Shown piece after piece: positions 9,538 through 21,229 of a stretch of 64,000 nucleotides of DNA. Location of the stretch: assembly GCA_947085185.1 (NCBI GenBank), contig CAMTVK010000017.1, positions 68,951 to 132,950 of the forward strand, given 5' to 3'. Numbering within the stretch: the stretch's first letter is position 1; each line of letters starts with the position of its first letter. The notes beneath the pieces are model-generated. The model ran no database searches. It saw nothing but the letters and a program-made list of their open reading frames with translations, and was not told where the DNA came from. The position numbers and the translations under genes are program-made. This DNA is from Candidatus Fraserbacteria bacterium. GTDB taxonomy: Bacteria; Bipolaricaulota; Bipolaricaulia; RBG-16-55-9; DRXL01.

Positions 9538-10478
9538 TGAATTCCGCAAAACCGACGATCAAGATCGCGCGCAGCGCCGGGTGGTGCTTTGGCGTAGAGC
9601 GCATCGTGCAGATGGCTGAGAAGCTCTTGGACGAGACGCCCGACGGCCCAGTTTACTGTCTAGGAGAACTGATTCACAACCCACAAGAAGTTGCGCGGCT
9701 GCGTGCCAAGGGGATGGTCTTCGTCACCTCTCACGAAGAGTTGCCTCCGCTGAAGCCAGAGCAAAGACGCAAAGTCTTGATTCGCGCTCACGGCGTCGCC
9801 CCGGCGGTCAAGAGGGCTTTGCGCCAGAAGGGCTATGAGATCTATGATGGGACCTGCCCGTTGGTGACCATCCCCCAGAAGTTCGCGCGCGAGCTTGCCG
9901 AACAGGGCTATAGGGTCGTCATCATGGGGCATAGAGAACATCCGGAGATCCAGGGAATCTTGGGGTATCTGGACGGTCTGAACGTCCAGAGAGACGTGAT
10001 CACCGGTCCAGAGGAGCTAGAAAAACTCAAATTAAAAGCGTCGGATCGGGTGGGGTTGATCTCACAGACGACTCACCCTTACGAAAAATTCGCCCAATTG
10101 ATCGGGGAGGTCTTAAAATATTGCTTGGAGGTTCGGGCGTATAATACAATCTGTCAGGCGACGTTTGACCGTCAGGACGCCATCAGGGAGCTGGCGCAAG
10201 AGTGCGATCTCGTCATTGTCATTGGCGGGCGCAAGAGCTCCAACACGTGTCGGCTAGCGGAGATCGCATCTCAGTACACGACGTGCTATCATATTGAGGA
10301 CGTATCTGAACTGAAAGGAGAGTGGTTTGTGGGGAGAAAGCACATAGGGATCTCGGCGGGGGCATCCACCCCCATGTGGTGTCTTGAAGCAGTCCGATCG
10401 GCCATTGAGCGGATCACTGGTACGCAGAGGCCGGAAATCCTCGAGAGCGTGAAACACTCTCGGCAAACAAGCGGGTGA
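9534..10478 (+). CDS. ispH: 4-hydroxy-3-methylbut-2-enyl diphosphate reductase
   Basis: GWCFGV, LIHN, RAHG, DGTCPLV, NTICQAT, SSNT, AGASTP. Confidence 0.96.
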   Translation: MMNSAKPTIKIARSAGWCFGVERIVQMAEKLLDETPDGPVYCLGELIHNPQEVARLRAKGMVFVTSHEELPPLKPEQRRKVLIRAHGVAPAVKRALRQKGYEIYDGTCPLVTIPQKFARELAEQGYRVVIMGHREHPEIQGILGYLDGLNVQRDVITGPEELEKLKLKASDRVGLISQTTHPYEKFAQLIGEVLKYCLEVRAYNTICQATFDRQDAIRELAQECDLVIVIGGRKSSNTCRLAEIASQYTTCYHIEDVSELKGEWFVGRKHIGISAGASTPMWCLEAVRSAIERITGTQRPEILESVKHSRQTSG

Positions 10479-10484
10479 TCGAAC

Positions 10485-12194
10485 ATGTCTGAGGAACTCG
10501 AGCAAAAGGACACAGGCGAACTCTCTCAGATGGAAGCATTGTTGGATGACCAAGACGTGTTGACGTACTCGCGCGGGGATATCTTGCGTGGGCGGGTCGT
10601 CCAAGTCAGTGACCAAGGGGTCTTAGTAGATATTGGGTACAAATCTGAAGCATTGATGAAGCCCACGGAGCTCGCGCCCTTTCACAAGGCTCCGCTCCAA
10701 CCTGGAGACGAGATCGAAGTGCTCATCACGTATATTGACGAAGAAGAGGGCACGATCCACGTCTCCGAGAAAGCCGCGCTCTACGAGAAGCGCATCAGTG
10801 AGCTAGAGCGCGCCTATCGTCAGAGGCTCCCGATCACGGGCACGATCGAGGACGAGGTCAAAGATGCGGGCTATCACGTCAATCTCTTGAAGTCGGGGAT
10901 TCGTGCGTTCCTGCCCGGCTCGCATTTGGGCGAGGATTTGGCTCCCCGCATTGAAGAGCTGCGCGGCAAGGAAGTGCCGTTCATTATCTTAGAACTAGAC
11001 CGACGGGAACGCAATCTCGTCGTCTCGCATCGGGAGTATCTGAAGGAGCTGGAGCGCCAGCGCAAGGACGAGCTCTTCACCAAGCTCCAGCCCGGCCAGG
11101 TCATCGAGGGCACGATCAAGAGCATCGTGGACTTTGGGATCTTCGTGGACATCGGGGGCTTTGAAGGGCTGGTGCATCGTTCCGAGATCAGCTGGAAGGA
11201 CATCCCTGTGCCACCCAACACCTACAAAGTGGGCGACAAGGTCACCGTGAAGGTCCTGGGGGTCGATCGAGAGAGGGAGCGCATCTCGCTCTCGATCAAA
11301 CAGTTGCGCCCTGACCCGTGGATCGGCCTCAAGCACCGCTATCCTGCGGGGACCAAGACCACCGGCACGGTCGTCAGCTTGACGGACTTTGGCGCGTTCG
11401 TGCGCATCGAAGAAGATGTCGAGGGCTTGGTGCACATCTCTGAGCTGTCGTGGGGGTATCCTGAGCATCCCAAAGAGGTCGTCAAGGTGGGCCAGCAGGT
11501 CGAGGTTGTCGTGCTGGACGTCAACGAGCAAGAGCGGCGCGTCAGCCTCTCTATGAAGCGCGTCCACCCCGATCCGTGGGAGAAGATCGAAGAAAAATAT
11601 CCTGAGGGCAGCATCGTTCAGGGGCGGGTGACCAAGCTTGCGGACTTTGGGGCATTCGTCCATCTAGAGGACGGCGTGGAAGCGCTCTTGCACATCTCCG
11701 AGATGAGCTGGGACAAAGTGAACAAGCCCAGCGATGTGGTCAAGGAGGGGCAAGAGATCACGGCAAAAGTGATCAAGTCCGACGCGAGCAAGCGCAAGAT
11801 TCGCTTGAGCCTCAAGGAGCTGCAAGAAGACCCATGGCACAAGTTCTTGGAGAGCTATTCTGTGGGCTCCATCGTCGAAGGCCCGATCACGGAGCTCAAG
11901 GACTTTGGTGCGTTTATGAAGATCACCGACGACGTTGAGGGGCTCATTCACGTCTCGGAGATCACCGAAGAGCGCATCTCGACTCCTGCAGATGTCTTGC
12001 AGGTGGGGCAGACGGTGAAGGCGCGCATCATCGGGATCAATGAAGAGAAGCGTCAGGTGCGGCTCTCCATGCGCAATGTGCACCGGCAAGAGCGCCTGGT
12101 CACCAGCGAAGATGCTGGTCACGAAGCGATCACGATGGGCGAACGTGTGAAGGGCCTGAAAGAGCTGCTTAAAGAAAAGCCGAAGAGTTCTTAA
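10485..12194 (+). CDS. rpsA: 30S ribosomal protein S1
   Basis: Six S1 repeats (DFGAFV...EGLVHISELSW). Confidence 0.97.
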   Translation: MSEELEQKDTGELSQMEALLDDQDVLTYSRGDILRGRVVQVSDQGVLVDIGYKSEALMKPTELAPFHKAPLQPGDEIEVLITYIDEEEGTIHVSEKAALYEKRISELERAYRQRLPITGTIEDEVKDAGYHVNLLKSGIRAFLPGSHLGEDLAPRIEELRGKEVPFIILELDRRERNLVVSHREYLKELERQRKDELFTKLQPGQVIEGTIKSIVDFGIFVDIGGFEGLVHRSEISWKDIPVPPNTYKVGDKVTVKVLGVDRERERISLSIKQLRPDPWIGLKHRYPAGTKTTGTVVSLTDFGAFVRIEEDVEGLVHISELSWGYPEHPKEVVKVGQQVEVVVLDVNEQERRVSLSMKRVHPDPWEKIEEKYPEGSIVQGRVTKLADFGAFVHLEDGVEALLHISEMSWDKVNKPSDVVKEGQEITAKVIKSDASKRKIRLSLKELQEDPWHKFLESYSVGSIVEGPITELKDFGAFMKITDDVEGLIHVSEITEERISTPADVLQVGQTVKARIIGINEEKRQVRLSMRNVHRQERLVTSEDAGHEAITMGERVKGLKELLKEKPKSS

Positions 12195-12199
12195 AGTTT

Positions 12200-12820
12200 G
12201 TGGCAGCGGCTCTCATGGACTGGCAAGCCATTGGGGCAGCGGTCGGTTGTTATCTCATCGGCTCTGTGCCCTTCAGTTATTTGATCGCCCGTGTGAAGCG
12301 CATAGACATTCGTGAGCATGGCAGCGGCAACGTCGGCGCGACCAACGTCACGCGTGTGGTGGGTGTGGGCTATGGGGTCCTTGCGCTTGTGGGGGATGTC
12401 GGCAAGGGGGTTGCTGCCGCGTGGCTGACGAGCGTCCTGGGCGTTCCCCTATGGCTTTCTGGGCTGGCAGTCGTGGGGCATAATTGGAGCATCTGGCTCA
12501 AGTTCACCGGGGGCAAGGGCGTCGCTACGACGATTGGGCTGTTATTATCTTTCTCTTGGCAGACGCTTGTGGTGACGCTCGCAATTTGGGCAGTGACGGT
12601 ACTGGTGACGCGCTACGTCGCCGTCGGCTCGATGGTAGCGCTGCTGTTAGTGCCCGTTGTGCTCTATTTCTTTCAAGCGCCGTCGGTGAATTGGGAGATT
12701 TCCGGGCTTTTTGGCGTGTTGGGGCTGATGGCGGTCTGGCAGCATCGCAGGAATATTCAGAGAATTCTGCAGGGGCAGGAGAGCAAGGTCTTTCAAAAGC
12801 GTGCCAAGCCCCTCTCTTGA
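12200..12820 (+). CDS. plsY: Glycerol-3-phosphate acyltransferase PlsY
   Basis: DIREHGSGNVGATN, GH...FTGGKGVAT, HRRNIQRI; start may be ATG 12215. Confidence 0.95.
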   Translation: MAAALMDWQAIGAAVGCYLIGSVPFSYLIARVKRIDIREHGSGNVGATNVTRVVGVGYGVLALVGDVGKGVAAAWLTSVLGVPLWLSGLAVVGHNWSIWLKFTGGKGVATTIGLLLSFSWQTLVVTLAIWAVTVLVTRYVAVGSMVALLLVPVVLYFFQAPSVNWEISGLFGVLGLMAVWQHRRNIQRILQGQESKVFQKRAKPLS

Positions 12821-12940
12821 TACGGCCGTAGCCTGAGCTCTTTAGGCTGGATTCCCCTCGGTCTCTGCAACTACCCGCCACCACCTGCACCTGTGCCCGC
12901 TTTGCTCTTGTTCACGTCTTAGGCTATACTCAGAACGTCA

Positions 12941-13234
12941 ATGAAAGTTAAAGTCTTTTCGCTGACTCGTTACGTGGAAGAAGCTCTAAAGAGAGCCGAA
13001 TACTTCCAAGATGAGAGTGGCGCTGTGATCGCTCGGGTGCCTGAGGCGTCCGGCTTTTTCGCTCAAGGGGGCAGCTTTGAAGAAGCCCGTGAGAACTTGC
13101 GCGATGTCATTGAAGGTAATATTCTGCTAGCCCTGCAACTAGGTCTGGAAATCCCACGGATCGAGGGGGTAGAAATCGAGGAGCTTCTGGTTTCTAGGCC
13201 TTCGCATCAGCATGGCAAGGCTCACGCCACTTAA
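12941..13234 (+). CDS. HicB-family antitoxin
   Basis: VIARVPEASGFFAQGGSFEEARENLRDVIE; overlaps downstream toxin gene. Confidence 0.85.
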   Translation: MKVKVFSLTRYVEEALKRAEYFQDESGAVIARVPEASGFFAQGGSFEEARENLRDVIEGNILLALQLGLEIPRIEGVEIEELLVSRPSHQHGKAHAT

Positions 13235-13437
13235 GCCTAGGGACGTGATACGCAAGTTGCGGAAGCTCGGCTTTGTCGGCCCATTCCGAGGGGGCAAACA
13301 TTCCCGGATGGTGCATTTCCAGACAGGGCAGATCATCCCGATCCCTATGCACAAAGGCCGAGATGTCAAGGTAGGGCTCATCCGAGAGATCATTCGAGAG
13401 CTGGGAATCTCGCCAAGAGGATTGGATTCAGCTCTAA
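13212..13437 (+). pseudogene. HicA-family toxin with apparent 1-nt frameshift near 13416 (as written it reads through to 13538)
   Basis: LRKLGF..GGKHSRM..IPIPMH..GLIREI; +1 frame gives EDWIQL* ending 13437, abutting the tpiA stop. Confidence 0.65.
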
Positions 13438-14205
13438 TTAGCTCTGAATTTCTGCGAGTCTCGCCATCTGCGCGAACGCTTCCGGGTCAAGTGACGCGCC
13501 GCCGACGAGTGCCCCATCTATATTCGGCTGCTGCATAAAGCCCTCAAAGTTTTCGGGCTTGACGCTCCCCCCGTAGAGAATCCGGATCTGTTGCGCGATC
13601 TTTTGATTCGAAAGCTGGGCCAACAGCTCGCGAATAAAGAGCGCGCTTGCTTCGGCTTCGTTGGGCTCTGCGTTGACCCCCGTCCCGATGGCCCAGATGG
13701 GCTCATACGCGACCACGAAATCTTTCGTGAGCGCTAGCCCCGCAAGCGCTCCACGAATCTGTGCGTCGAGTACGCTTTGGGTCCGCCCAACGTGACGCTC
13801 TTCTAGAGTTTCGCCAACGCAGAGAATTGGGATCAGCTCAGCGTCGAGCGCAGCTTTGAGCTTCTTATTGATAAGTGCGTCTGTTTCGCCAAAGAGCCGT
13901 CGGCGCTCCGAGTGCCCCACGATCACATAAGTACAGCCTAGGTCCTTGAGCATCACAGGGGAGATCTCGCCCGTGAACGCCCCCTCGCCCTCATAGAAGA
14001 GATTCTGCGCAGCGAGCTTGATCGGAGTCCCTTGGAGCTTTTGCCCTACGCTCTCTAAGAGCGTGAACGGCGGCGCGAGCGCCAGCTCCACCGCGCTGAT
14101 CGTCCGGACACGCTCCCTGAACACCCTCAGATACTCTCGCGCTTGAGCGCGCACAAAGTACATCTTCCAGTTGGCTACGAGCAGCTTGCGGCGTTGTGAG
14201 CTCAT
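13438..14205 (-). CDS. tpiA: Triosephosphate isomerase
   Basis: ANWKM, GAFTGEIS, GHSERR, AYEPIWAIGTG, YGGSVKP, LVGGASL; start ATG 14205. Confidence 0.97.
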   Translation of the reverse strand: MSSQRRKLLVANWKMYFVRAQAREYLRVFRERVRTISAVELALAPPFTLLESVGQKLQGTPIKLAAQNLFYEGEGAFTGEISPVMLKDLGCTYVIVGHSERRRLFGETDALINKKLKAALDAELIPILCVGETLEERHVGRTQSVLDAQIRGALAGLALTKDFVVAYEPIWAIGTGVNAEPNEAEASALFIRELLAQLSNQKIAQQIRILYGGSVKPENFEGFMQQPNIDGALVGGASLDPEAFAQMARLAEIQS

Positions 14206-14288
14206 AGATACGCTTATTATACGCTTTGGGCTCTGCGCGATCAAAAGCCCATTTGCTTTAAGGCCGTGGGGGTGCTAATATTAAAGCA

Positions 14289-15164
14289 ATGGGACAGCAA
14301 CCGCGCCAAGGGTGGGCTGAAGTCATTGGAGCTCTTGGGTTTCTAGTCGTCCTCTTCGTCTCAATCTTGGGATGGGATACACTGCTCAGCTTGATAGGAG
14401 GTCTGGCTATGCCGACAACGGCGCTCATCATCGTGCTGGCTATCGTCGTGCTCTTTTTGCTCAACGCGATCAAGATCGTTCGGGAATACGAGCGCGTCGT
14501 GATCTTTCGTCTGGGGCGGCTGCAGGGGGCCAAAGGGCCGGGGCTCTTCTTCATCATCCCCATCGTCGATCAAGTGGTCAAAGTAGACCTACGCGTGGTG
14601 ACGTTCGATGTGCCACCCCAAGAAGTGATCACTCGAGACAATGTGACGGTAAACGTGAACGCGATCGTCTTCTTCAGGGTGATGTCCCCCGAAGCGGCGA
14701 TCACCCAAGTCGAAGATTATCTGCAAGCGACGTCGCAAATTGCGCAGACGACCCTGCGCAGCGTCTTAGGCCAAGTCGAGTTGGACGAGCTCTTAGCGGA
14801 GCGCGAGAAGCTCAACAAGCAATTACAGATGATCATTGACGAGCAGACCGATCCGTGGGGGATCAAAGTGAAGGCCGTCGAGATTAAAGACGTGCGCATC
14901 CCGCAGGAGATGCAGCGGGCGATCGCGCGTCAAGCTGAGGCGGAACGCGAACGACGCAGCAAAGTTATCAACGCTGAGGGCGAGCTCCAAGCCGCGACGA
15001 AGCTCCGTGAAGCTGCTGAAATTCTCACACAAAACCCCGCGTCGCTCCAGCTGCGCTATCTCCAGACGTTGATAGATATCTCGTCGGAGCGCAACACGAG
15101 CACGATCGTCTTCCCGCTCCCTGTGGACTTGATGAAGGCGTTCATGGCGCGGGATGAGAAGTAA
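14289..15164 (+). CDS. SPFH/band 7 stomatin-like (slipin) membrane protein
   Basis: [47 protein letters not shown]. Confidence 0.93.
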   Translation: MGQQPRQGWAEVIGALGFLVVLFVSILGWDTLLSLIGGLAMPTTALIIVLAIVVLFLLNAIKIVREYERVVIFRLGRLQGAKGPGLFFIIPIVDQVVKVDLRVVTFDVPPQEVITRDNVTVNVNAIVFFRVMSPEAAITQVEDYLQATSQIAQTTLRSVLGQVELDELLAEREKLNKQLQMIIDEQTDPWGIKVKAVEIKDVRIPQEMQRAIARQAEAERERRSKVINAEGELQAATKLREAAEILTQNPASLQLRYLQTLIDISSERNTSTIVFPLPVDLMKAFMARDEK

Positions 15165-18009
15165 GGACAGGAAGGGCAGGGCTCAAGAGACGCTTCAGGA
15201 ACTGCCCCGTGTAAGACTGGGAGGCTTGAGCGACTTCTTCGGGGGTACCTTGGGCGACGATCTGGCCTCCGGCGTCGCCCCCTTCGGGCCCTAAGTCAAG
15301 AATATAGTCTGCCGTCTTGATCACGTCGAGATTGTGCTCGATGACGATCACTGTGTTGCCCGCGTCTACTAATCTATGGAGCACGTCGAGCAATTTCTCG
15401 ATATCTGCGAGGTGCAGCCCTGTGGTGGGCTCGTCTAGGATATAGAGTGTGCGTCCGGTGTCGCGCTTGCTCAGTTCTGTAGCGAGCTTGACGCGCTGAG
15501 CCTCGCCCCCAGAAAGCTGCGTCGCCGGCTGCCCCAGCTGAATGTACCCCAATCCTACATCGTAGAGCGTCTGGAGCTTTCTCTTGATCGCCGGGTGATG
15601 TGCAAAGAACGCCAGGGCTTCTTCGACGGTCATCGCCAAGACATCGGCGATGTTCTTCTCTTTGTAGCGAATTTCGAGAGTCTCGCGATTGTAGCGTTGG
15701 CCCTTGCAGACTTCGCAGGGGACGTAGACGTCGGGCAGAAAGTGCATCTCTATTTTGATTAAGCCGTCGCCCTTGCAGGCCTCGCACCGGCCGCCCTTGA
15801 CGTTGAAGCTGAACCGTCCGGGCTTATACCCGCGGGCGCGGGCTTCGGGCACCAGCGCGAAGAGTTTTCGAATATCGTCGAAAAGCCCCGTGTATGTCGC
15901 TGGGTTGGAGCGAGGCGTGCGCCCGATGGGCGCTTGGTCTATTTCTATAATTTTGTCTATCTGCTCCAGCCCTAAGATATCGTCGTGTGCGCCGGGGCGC
16001 TCCGTGACATATCCCAAGCGCTGGGCCACCCCGCGATAGAGAATCTCATCGATGAGGGTGCTCTTGCCTGAGCCCGATACCCCCGTCACGCACACAAAGA
16101 TCCCCAACGGGATTCTTACTGTGAGATTCTTTAAGTTGTGCTGGCGCGCGCCCACGATAGTCAAGAAGCCCGTGGGAGTGCGGCGTCTTTTGGGGATGGC
16201 AATCTGGCGTTGCCCACTCAAGAACTGCCCCGTGATCGAATGCGGGTTCTGACAGATATCTTCGACGGTGCCTGTAGCGACGATCTGCCCGCCGTGCTTG
16301 CCCGCCCCCGGCCCGATATCTACGATAAAGTCCGCTTCTCGAATAGTCTCTTCGTCGTGTTCGACAACGATCACAGTGTTTCCCAAGTCGCGCAGCCCTT
16401 TGAGCGTCCGGAGCAAGCGCACGTTGTCTCTCTGGTGGAGCCCGATGCTGGGTTCATCTAAGATATAGAGTACACCGACTAACCCCGAGCCGACCTGGGT
16501 GGCCAGGCGAATTCGTTGGGCCTCGCCGCCGGCGAGCGTCCCTGCAGGACGATCTAGCGTCAGATACTCCAGCCCGACGTCTATGAGAAACTTCAGTCTA
16601 GTCTTGATCTCTTTCAAAACTTGATGGGCGATTCTCCTCTCGCGCTCGGTCAACTCCAGCTCCGAGAAGAACTTATACGCGTCTTTCACCGAGAGAGCGC
16701 AGACGTCCATAATGTTCTTCCCCGCGATCGTCACGGAGAGACTCTCTGGGCGCAGGCGCTTGCCCGCGCACGCTACACACGGGCGCTTGCTCATGTATTG
16801 CTCGATCTCCTCACGAGCCCAGTCGGATTCGGCTTCTCTGTAGGCGCGCTCAAGCGCTGGGATCAGCCCTTCGTAGTAGTCCATAAAGTAGCGCGTCCGC
16901 CCGTAGCGATTCGTATACGGGAAAGTGACGGGGATGCCGTTGGTGCCATAGAGCAAGATATCGAGCTGCTCTTTGGGGAGCTTGCCCAAGGGCTTTTCGG
17001 GATCGATCTTATACATCTTGCAGACGCCCAAGAGCACACCCCAGAGCCATTTGCTCTGACGATCGGCCCAGGGGATGAGCCCACCGTCTTTCAGAGATTT
17101 TCTCGGCTCGATGACCAAGGTGGGATCGATCTCCATCTTAAAACCCAAGCCCGTGCACGTGGGACACGACCCAAAGGGGCTATTGAACGAGAAGAGTCTT
17201 GGCTCGATCTTGTCGTAGCTGATCCCGCAATCTGGGCAGGCAAACTGCTCGCTGAAGAGAATCTCTCTCTTTTGATCAACGATGTCAACGAGCACTAATC
17301 CGTGAGCTTTTTTGAGTGCGGTCTCGACGGCGTCGGCGATTCGTGTCTTGGTATCTGTGCGAACGACGATGCGGTCTACGACGACTTCGATAGTATGTTT
17401 TTTCTTTTTATCGAGGGTGATCTCATCAGCAGAGAGATCTTTGATCTCGCCGTTGACGCGCACGCGGGCGAAGCCCTCTTTTCTTAATGCTTCGAAGACT
17501 CTTTTGTATTCGCCCTTGCGCCCGCGGGCGATGGGGGAGAGAATCTGAATCTTGGTGCCCTCGCCCAGTTCTAAAATTTGATCGACGATCTGTTGAGCAG
17601 TCTGCTGGGCGATGGGGCGGCCGCACTTATAGCAATGGGGCTTGCCAATGCGCGCAAAGAGCAATCGCAGATAGTCATAAATCTCTGTCACGGTGCCTAC
17701 AGTCGAGCGCGGGTTTTTGTGTACTGTCTTCTGATCTATAGAGATCGCGGGGGAGAGCCCTTCGATAGAATCTACGTCGGGTTTATCCATCTGGCCTAAG
17801 AACTGTCGGGCGTACGCGGAGAGCGACTCGACGTAGCGTCGCTGGCCCTCGGCGTATATCGTATCAAACGCGAGCGACGACTTGCCCGACCCAGAAATTC
17901 CAGTGAAGACGATGAGCTTATTTCTGGGCAGCTCTAGGTCTATATTTTTGAGATTATGCTCGCGCGCGCCGCGAATGATGATCTTCTCGGTGCTCACGTT
18001 AATATCCAA
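15142..18009 (-). CDS. uvrA: Excinuclease ABC subunit A
   Basis: Two Walker A motifs ([18 protein letters not shown]), Zn fingers, LSGGEAQR; upstream TTGCGC-17-TATGAT. Confidence 0.98.
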   Translation of the reverse strand: MDINVSTEKIIIRGAREHNLKNIDLELPRNKLIVFTGISGSGKSSLAFDTIYAEGQRRYVESLSAYARQFLGQMDKPDVDSIEGLSPAISIDQKTVHKNPRSTVGTVTEIYDYLRLLFARIGKPHCYKCGRPIAQQTAQQIVDQILELGEGTKIQILSPIARGRKGEYKRVFEALRKEGFARVRVNGEIKDLSADEITLDKKKKHTIEVVVDRIVVRTDTKTRIADAVETALKKAHGLVLVDIVDQKREILFSEQFACPDCGISYDKIEPRLFSFNSPFGSCPTCTGLGFKMEIDPTLVIEPRKSLKDGGLIPWADRQSKWLWGVLLGVCKMYKIDPEKPLGKLPKEQLDILLYGTNGIPVTFPYTNRYGRTRYFMDYYEGLIPALERAYREAESDWAREEIEQYMSKRPCVACAGKRLRPESLSVTIAGKNIMDVCALSVKDAYKFFSELELTERERRIAHQVLKEIKTRLKFLIDVGLEYLTLDRPAGTLAGGEAQRIRLATQVGSGLVGVLYILDEPSIGLHQRDNVRLLRTLKGLRDLGNTVIVVEHDEETIREADFIVDIGPGAGKHGGQIVATGTVEDICQNPHSITGQFLSGQRQIAIPKRRRTPTGFLTIVGARQHNLKNLTVRIPLGIFVCVTGVSGSGKSTLIDEILYRGVAQRLGYVTERPGAHDDILGLEQIDKIIEIDQAPIGRTPRSNPATYTGLFDDIRKLFALVPEARARGYKPGRFSFNVKGGRCEACKGDGLIKIEMHFLPDVYVPCEVCKGQRYNRETLEIRYKEKNIADVLAMTVEEALAFFAHHPAIKRKLQTLYDVGLGYIQLGQPATQLSGGEAQRVKLATELSKRDTGRTLYILDEPTTGLHLADIEKLLDVLHRLVDAGNTVIVIEHNLDVIKTADYILDLGPEGGDAGGQIVAQGTPEEVAQASQSYTGQFLKRLLSPALPVLTSHPAP

Positions 18010-18147
18010 GGGAGATCATACCCTAAACTCAGGTAAGGCGCAAAACGGCCCCTGATCGGACTGCATTAGCTTTTGTTGAAAGCTTGTTGCAAGCTCCGGC
18101 AGCCCGTTTGATATAATTAAGCTAAACCTCGTATGGGAGGGAGATCA

Positions 18148-19308
18148 ATGAAGCGATCTATTAGTGTGCTTTTCGCGATACTCACCGTGCTCTACGCGGA
18201 CGCAGCGCTGGCGCAAAAGCCCAAAGGCCTGACGCTCTCGACCGAATACCCGGCTCAGTCCGTCCAAGCCGGCGAGACCGTCATCATCACGCTCACATTG
18301 ACCAATCGCGGGCTGGCGCCGCAGATCGTGCGCGTGCAGATGAAGCAAGTCGCCGAAGGCTGGAAGGCTTCGCTTTTGGGGGGAGGCCGCCCCGTCCAAG
18401 CCGTCTACGTGGACACCGATAGCTCGGCTTCGCTGAGCTTGAAGCTGGAGCCGCCTGCAGGCGTAGCCACGGGGATATATCGCTTCGTCGTGCTCGCTCA
18501 GGGCCAGGGAGCCCAAAGTGAACTCCCCATTGAGCTCACTGTCGAAGCCCAGCTGCCCCCAAAGTTCGAATTTGAAGCAGAGCTGCCCACACGCCGCGGC
18601 CCCTCAACTTCGACCTTTCGCTACTCGGCAACACTGACCAACAAGGGCGAACAAGAGACGACCGTCAACCTCGAGGCCGACGCCCCCGAGGGCTTTGAGG
18701 TGACGTTCAAGTTGCGCTTCGGCAGCGAGGAAGTCACGAGCTTCCCCATCAAAGCCGGCGAGTCCAAGAGCCTCGACGTTGAAGTGCGACCTCCACGCCA
18801 GGCCCAAGCCGGCGAATATCCCATCACCGTGAGAGCTCTGGGAGGCCAAGCGCAAGCGACCCTCACCTTGAAAGCCGTCATCACAGGCCAAGCCGATCTT
18901 GAGGTCACCACTCCCGACGGGCGGCTGTCGGCCCAGGCGACCGCCGGACGGGAGCAGCGCTTAAAGCTCATCGTGCGCAACCGGGGCAGCGCCCCCGCCC
19001 GCGACGTCGAGCTCAGCTCGTTTCCCCCCGTCGGATGGACCGTCGAATTCGAGCCCAAGACTATCGCAGAGATCCCTGCAGACCCGGACAGATTCGCCGA
19101 AGTGACGGCGAAGATTAAGCCCTCCGAGAAGACCATCGCCGGGGATTATATGCTGACGATCACCGCGCGCAGTGAGAATATCTCAAACTCTAAGGACCTG
19201 CGCATCACCGTGGTGACGTCCACGCTGTGGGGCATTGTCGGGATTGGGATTATCGTCATCGCGCTGGGGGCGGTCGGATGGGCCGTCTCGCGCTTTGGGC
19301 GCAGATAA
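18148..19308 (+). CDS. Secreted NEW3/Ig-like repeat protein with C-terminal TM anchor, ABC-associated
   Basis: Signal peptide, three beta-sandwich repeats (NxG...PxGW/F...AGxY), terminal TM + RFGRR. Confidence 0.8.
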   Translation: MKRSISVLFAILTVLYADAALAQKPKGLTLSTEYPAQSVQAGETVIITLTLTNRGLAPQIVRVQMKQVAEGWKASLLGGGRPVQAVYVDTDSSASLSLKLEPPAGVATGIYRFVVLAQGQGAQSELPIELTVEAQLPPKFEFEAELPTRRGPSTSTFRYSATLTNKGEQETTVNLEADAPEGFEVTFKLRFGSEEVTSFPIKAGESKSLDVEVRPPRQAQAGEYPITVRALGGQAQATLTLKAVITGQADLEVTTPDGRLSAQATAGREQRLKLIVRNRGSAPARDVELSSFPPVGWTVEFEPKTIAEIPADPDRFAEVTAKIKPSEKTIAGDYMLTITARSENISNSKDLRITVVTSTLWGIVGIGIIVIALGAVGWAVSRFGRR

Positions 19309-19311
19309 ACT

Positions 19312-20259
19312 ATGAGCGAGTTCGTCATCGAAACTCAGAATCTCACGAAGCGCTATAGCGACGTCGTCGCCGTAGACCATCTGAATTTACAGATTCGCGC
19401 TGGGGAGATCTTCGGGATATTGGGGCCCAACGGCTCGGGGAAGACCACGACCATTCTGATGCTGTTGGGGTTGACCGAGCCGACTGAGGGCTGGGCCCGC
19501 GTCTTGGGCTTTGACCCAATGCGCCAGCCGTTGGAAGTCAAGTCGCGCGTGGGGTATCTCCCCGACCAAGTGGGCTTCTATGACGAGCTCACCGCCCGAG
19601 AGAATCTCGCATACATCGCGAAGCTTAACGGGGTGGCGCGCCCTGTTGCCCACAGAAGGATCACCGAAGCGCTGGAGCGCATGGGGCTTGCAGAGGTCGC
19701 AGATCGTCGCGTAGGGACGTTCTCGCGCGGGATGCGCCAGCGCCTGGGCGTTGCAGAGATCTTGCTGAAGCATCCCCAAGTGATTATCTTGGACGAGCCA
19801 ACCCTGGGGCTCGATCCCGAAGCCGCCCACGAATTTTTAGAGATCATTCGCGCCTTCAAACAAGAGAAGATCACAGTGCTGCTTGCGTCGCATTTGTTAC
19901 ACCAAGTGCAAGCTGTCTGTGATCGTGTCGGGCTGTTCTCTCAAGGAAAGATGGTCCTTGAGGGCACGGTTGCAGAGCTGGCGCGGCAGGTCTTGGGCGG
20001 GGCCTATCGCGTGCACGTGCGAGCTGTTGGCTCCAATGTGAGCGAAGCTCTGAGAAAAATCCCAGGCGCCGTGCGCGTCCATAAGCTCGACGGTGATCTC
20101 TACCAAGTCGAAGCTCAAGAAGACCTCCGTGCGGCAGCAGCCCGCGCGGCCGTCCAAGCGGGGGCGCAGCTCCTTGCGCTGGGGCTAGAGGAGCCCAGTT
20201 TGGACGAGATCTATCAACGATATTTTCAAGGGGTGACGGCTCATGAGACCCAGTCGTGA
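19312..20259 (+). CDS. ABC transporter ATP-binding protein
   Basis: [22 protein letters not shown]. Confidence 0.95.
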   Translation: MSEFVIETQNLTKRYSDVVAVDHLNLQIRAGEIFGILGPNGSGKTTTILMLLGLTEPTEGWARVLGFDPMRQPLEVKSRVGYLPDQVGFYDELTARENLAYIAKLNGVARPVAHRRITEALERMGLAEVADRRVGTFSRGMRQRLGVAEILLKHPQVIILDEPTLGLDPEAAHEFLEIIRAFKQEKITVLLASHLLHQVQAVCDRVGLFSQGKMVLEGTVAELARQVLGGAYRVHVRAVGSNVSEALRKIPGAVRVHKLDGDLYQVEAQEDLRAAAARAAVQAGAQLLALGLEEPSLDEIYQRYFQGVTAHETQS

Positions 20260-21190
20260 AGGCTCGCCGTGGCGCGGGGTGTGGGTCGTGGTCGCAAAAG
20301 AGATGGCTGATCACCTAACAAGCGTGCGCATGGGCATTCTCGAGCTGGTCGTGCTGCTGACGGCAGCCGTGACAATCTATCTCGCGCTGCAGAATCTCTC
20401 CTCGAGTTCTGATGCGTTTCTATTCTTGCGGCTCTTCACAACGATGCCCTCGGACTCGCCCATCCCGGCGTTCGTGGGCTTTTTAGGGTTTTTAGTGCCG
20501 TTGATCGCGATTGCCCTGGGGTTTGACGCGGTGAACGGGGAGTTTCACAGAAGGACGCTCTCGCGGGTCTTGGCCCAGCCGATCTATCGTGATGCTCTTC
20601 TGTTTGGGAAATTTTTAGGAGGGCTCTGCACACTGGCGCTGGTGCTGACTGCGATTTGGTTGATGATCATAGGGTTGGGGCTCTTTCGCTTGGGGGTGCC
20701 TCCGACAGGAGAGGAGGTCGCCCGAGGGCTGCTCTTTCTGCTGGCGACCATAGCCTATGGCGGCGTGTGGCTTGGGATCGCTCTGGTCTTTTCGATCCAA
20801 TTTCGTCAACCGGCAACAGCGGCACTCGCTGCCATCGCCGTCTGGCTCTTCTTCATGGTCTTCTGGGGGATGATCGTCGACTTAGTCGCCCAAGTACTGA
20901 TACGTGATGAACTGCGTCAGCTTGAGCTTAAGCTCTTCTTGGCGCGGCTGTCGCCCAACACGCTCTACACTGAAGTGATCTTTGCTGTGCTGAACCCGGC
21001 GGTGCGGGCGTTTGGGCCGCTGCTGCCCATTCAGTTCATTCAACTTCAGGGGTGGGGCGTGCCCACGCCATTGCCGCTCAGTCAGAGCTTGCTGCTTATC
21101 TGGCCGCAGCTGACGGGGCTGATCGCTGCGACGATCGTGCTCTTTGCCATAAGCTACGTGCTCTTCCAGCGCCAAGAGATCCGGGCATAA
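20243..21190 (+). CDS. ABC-2 type permease
   Basis: [24 protein letters not shown]; multiple TM segments; FQRQEI C-terminus. Confidence 0.9.
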   Translation: MRPSREGSPWRGVWVVVAKEMADHLTSVRMGILELVVLLTAAVTIYLALQNLSSSSDAFLFLRLFTTMPSDSPIPAFVGFLGFLVPLIAIALGFDAVNGEFHRRTLSRVLAQPIYRDALLFGKFLGGLCTLALVLTAIWLMIIGLGLFRLGVPPTGEEVARGLLFLLATIAYGGVWLGIALVFSIQFRQPATAALAAIAVWLFFMVFWGMIVDLVAQVLIRDELRQLELKLFLARLSPNTLYTEVIFAVLNPAVRAFGPLLPIQFIQLQGWGVPTPLPLSQSLLLIWPQLTGLIAATIVLFAISYVLFQRQEIRA

Positions 21191-21229
21191 ATAATCAAGC
21201 TGAGTCTGGGAGTGCCATGGCTTCTTACC

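Noticed and set aside
11000..12070. Internal nucleotide repeats in rpsA
   Set aside because: Explained by tandem S1 domains
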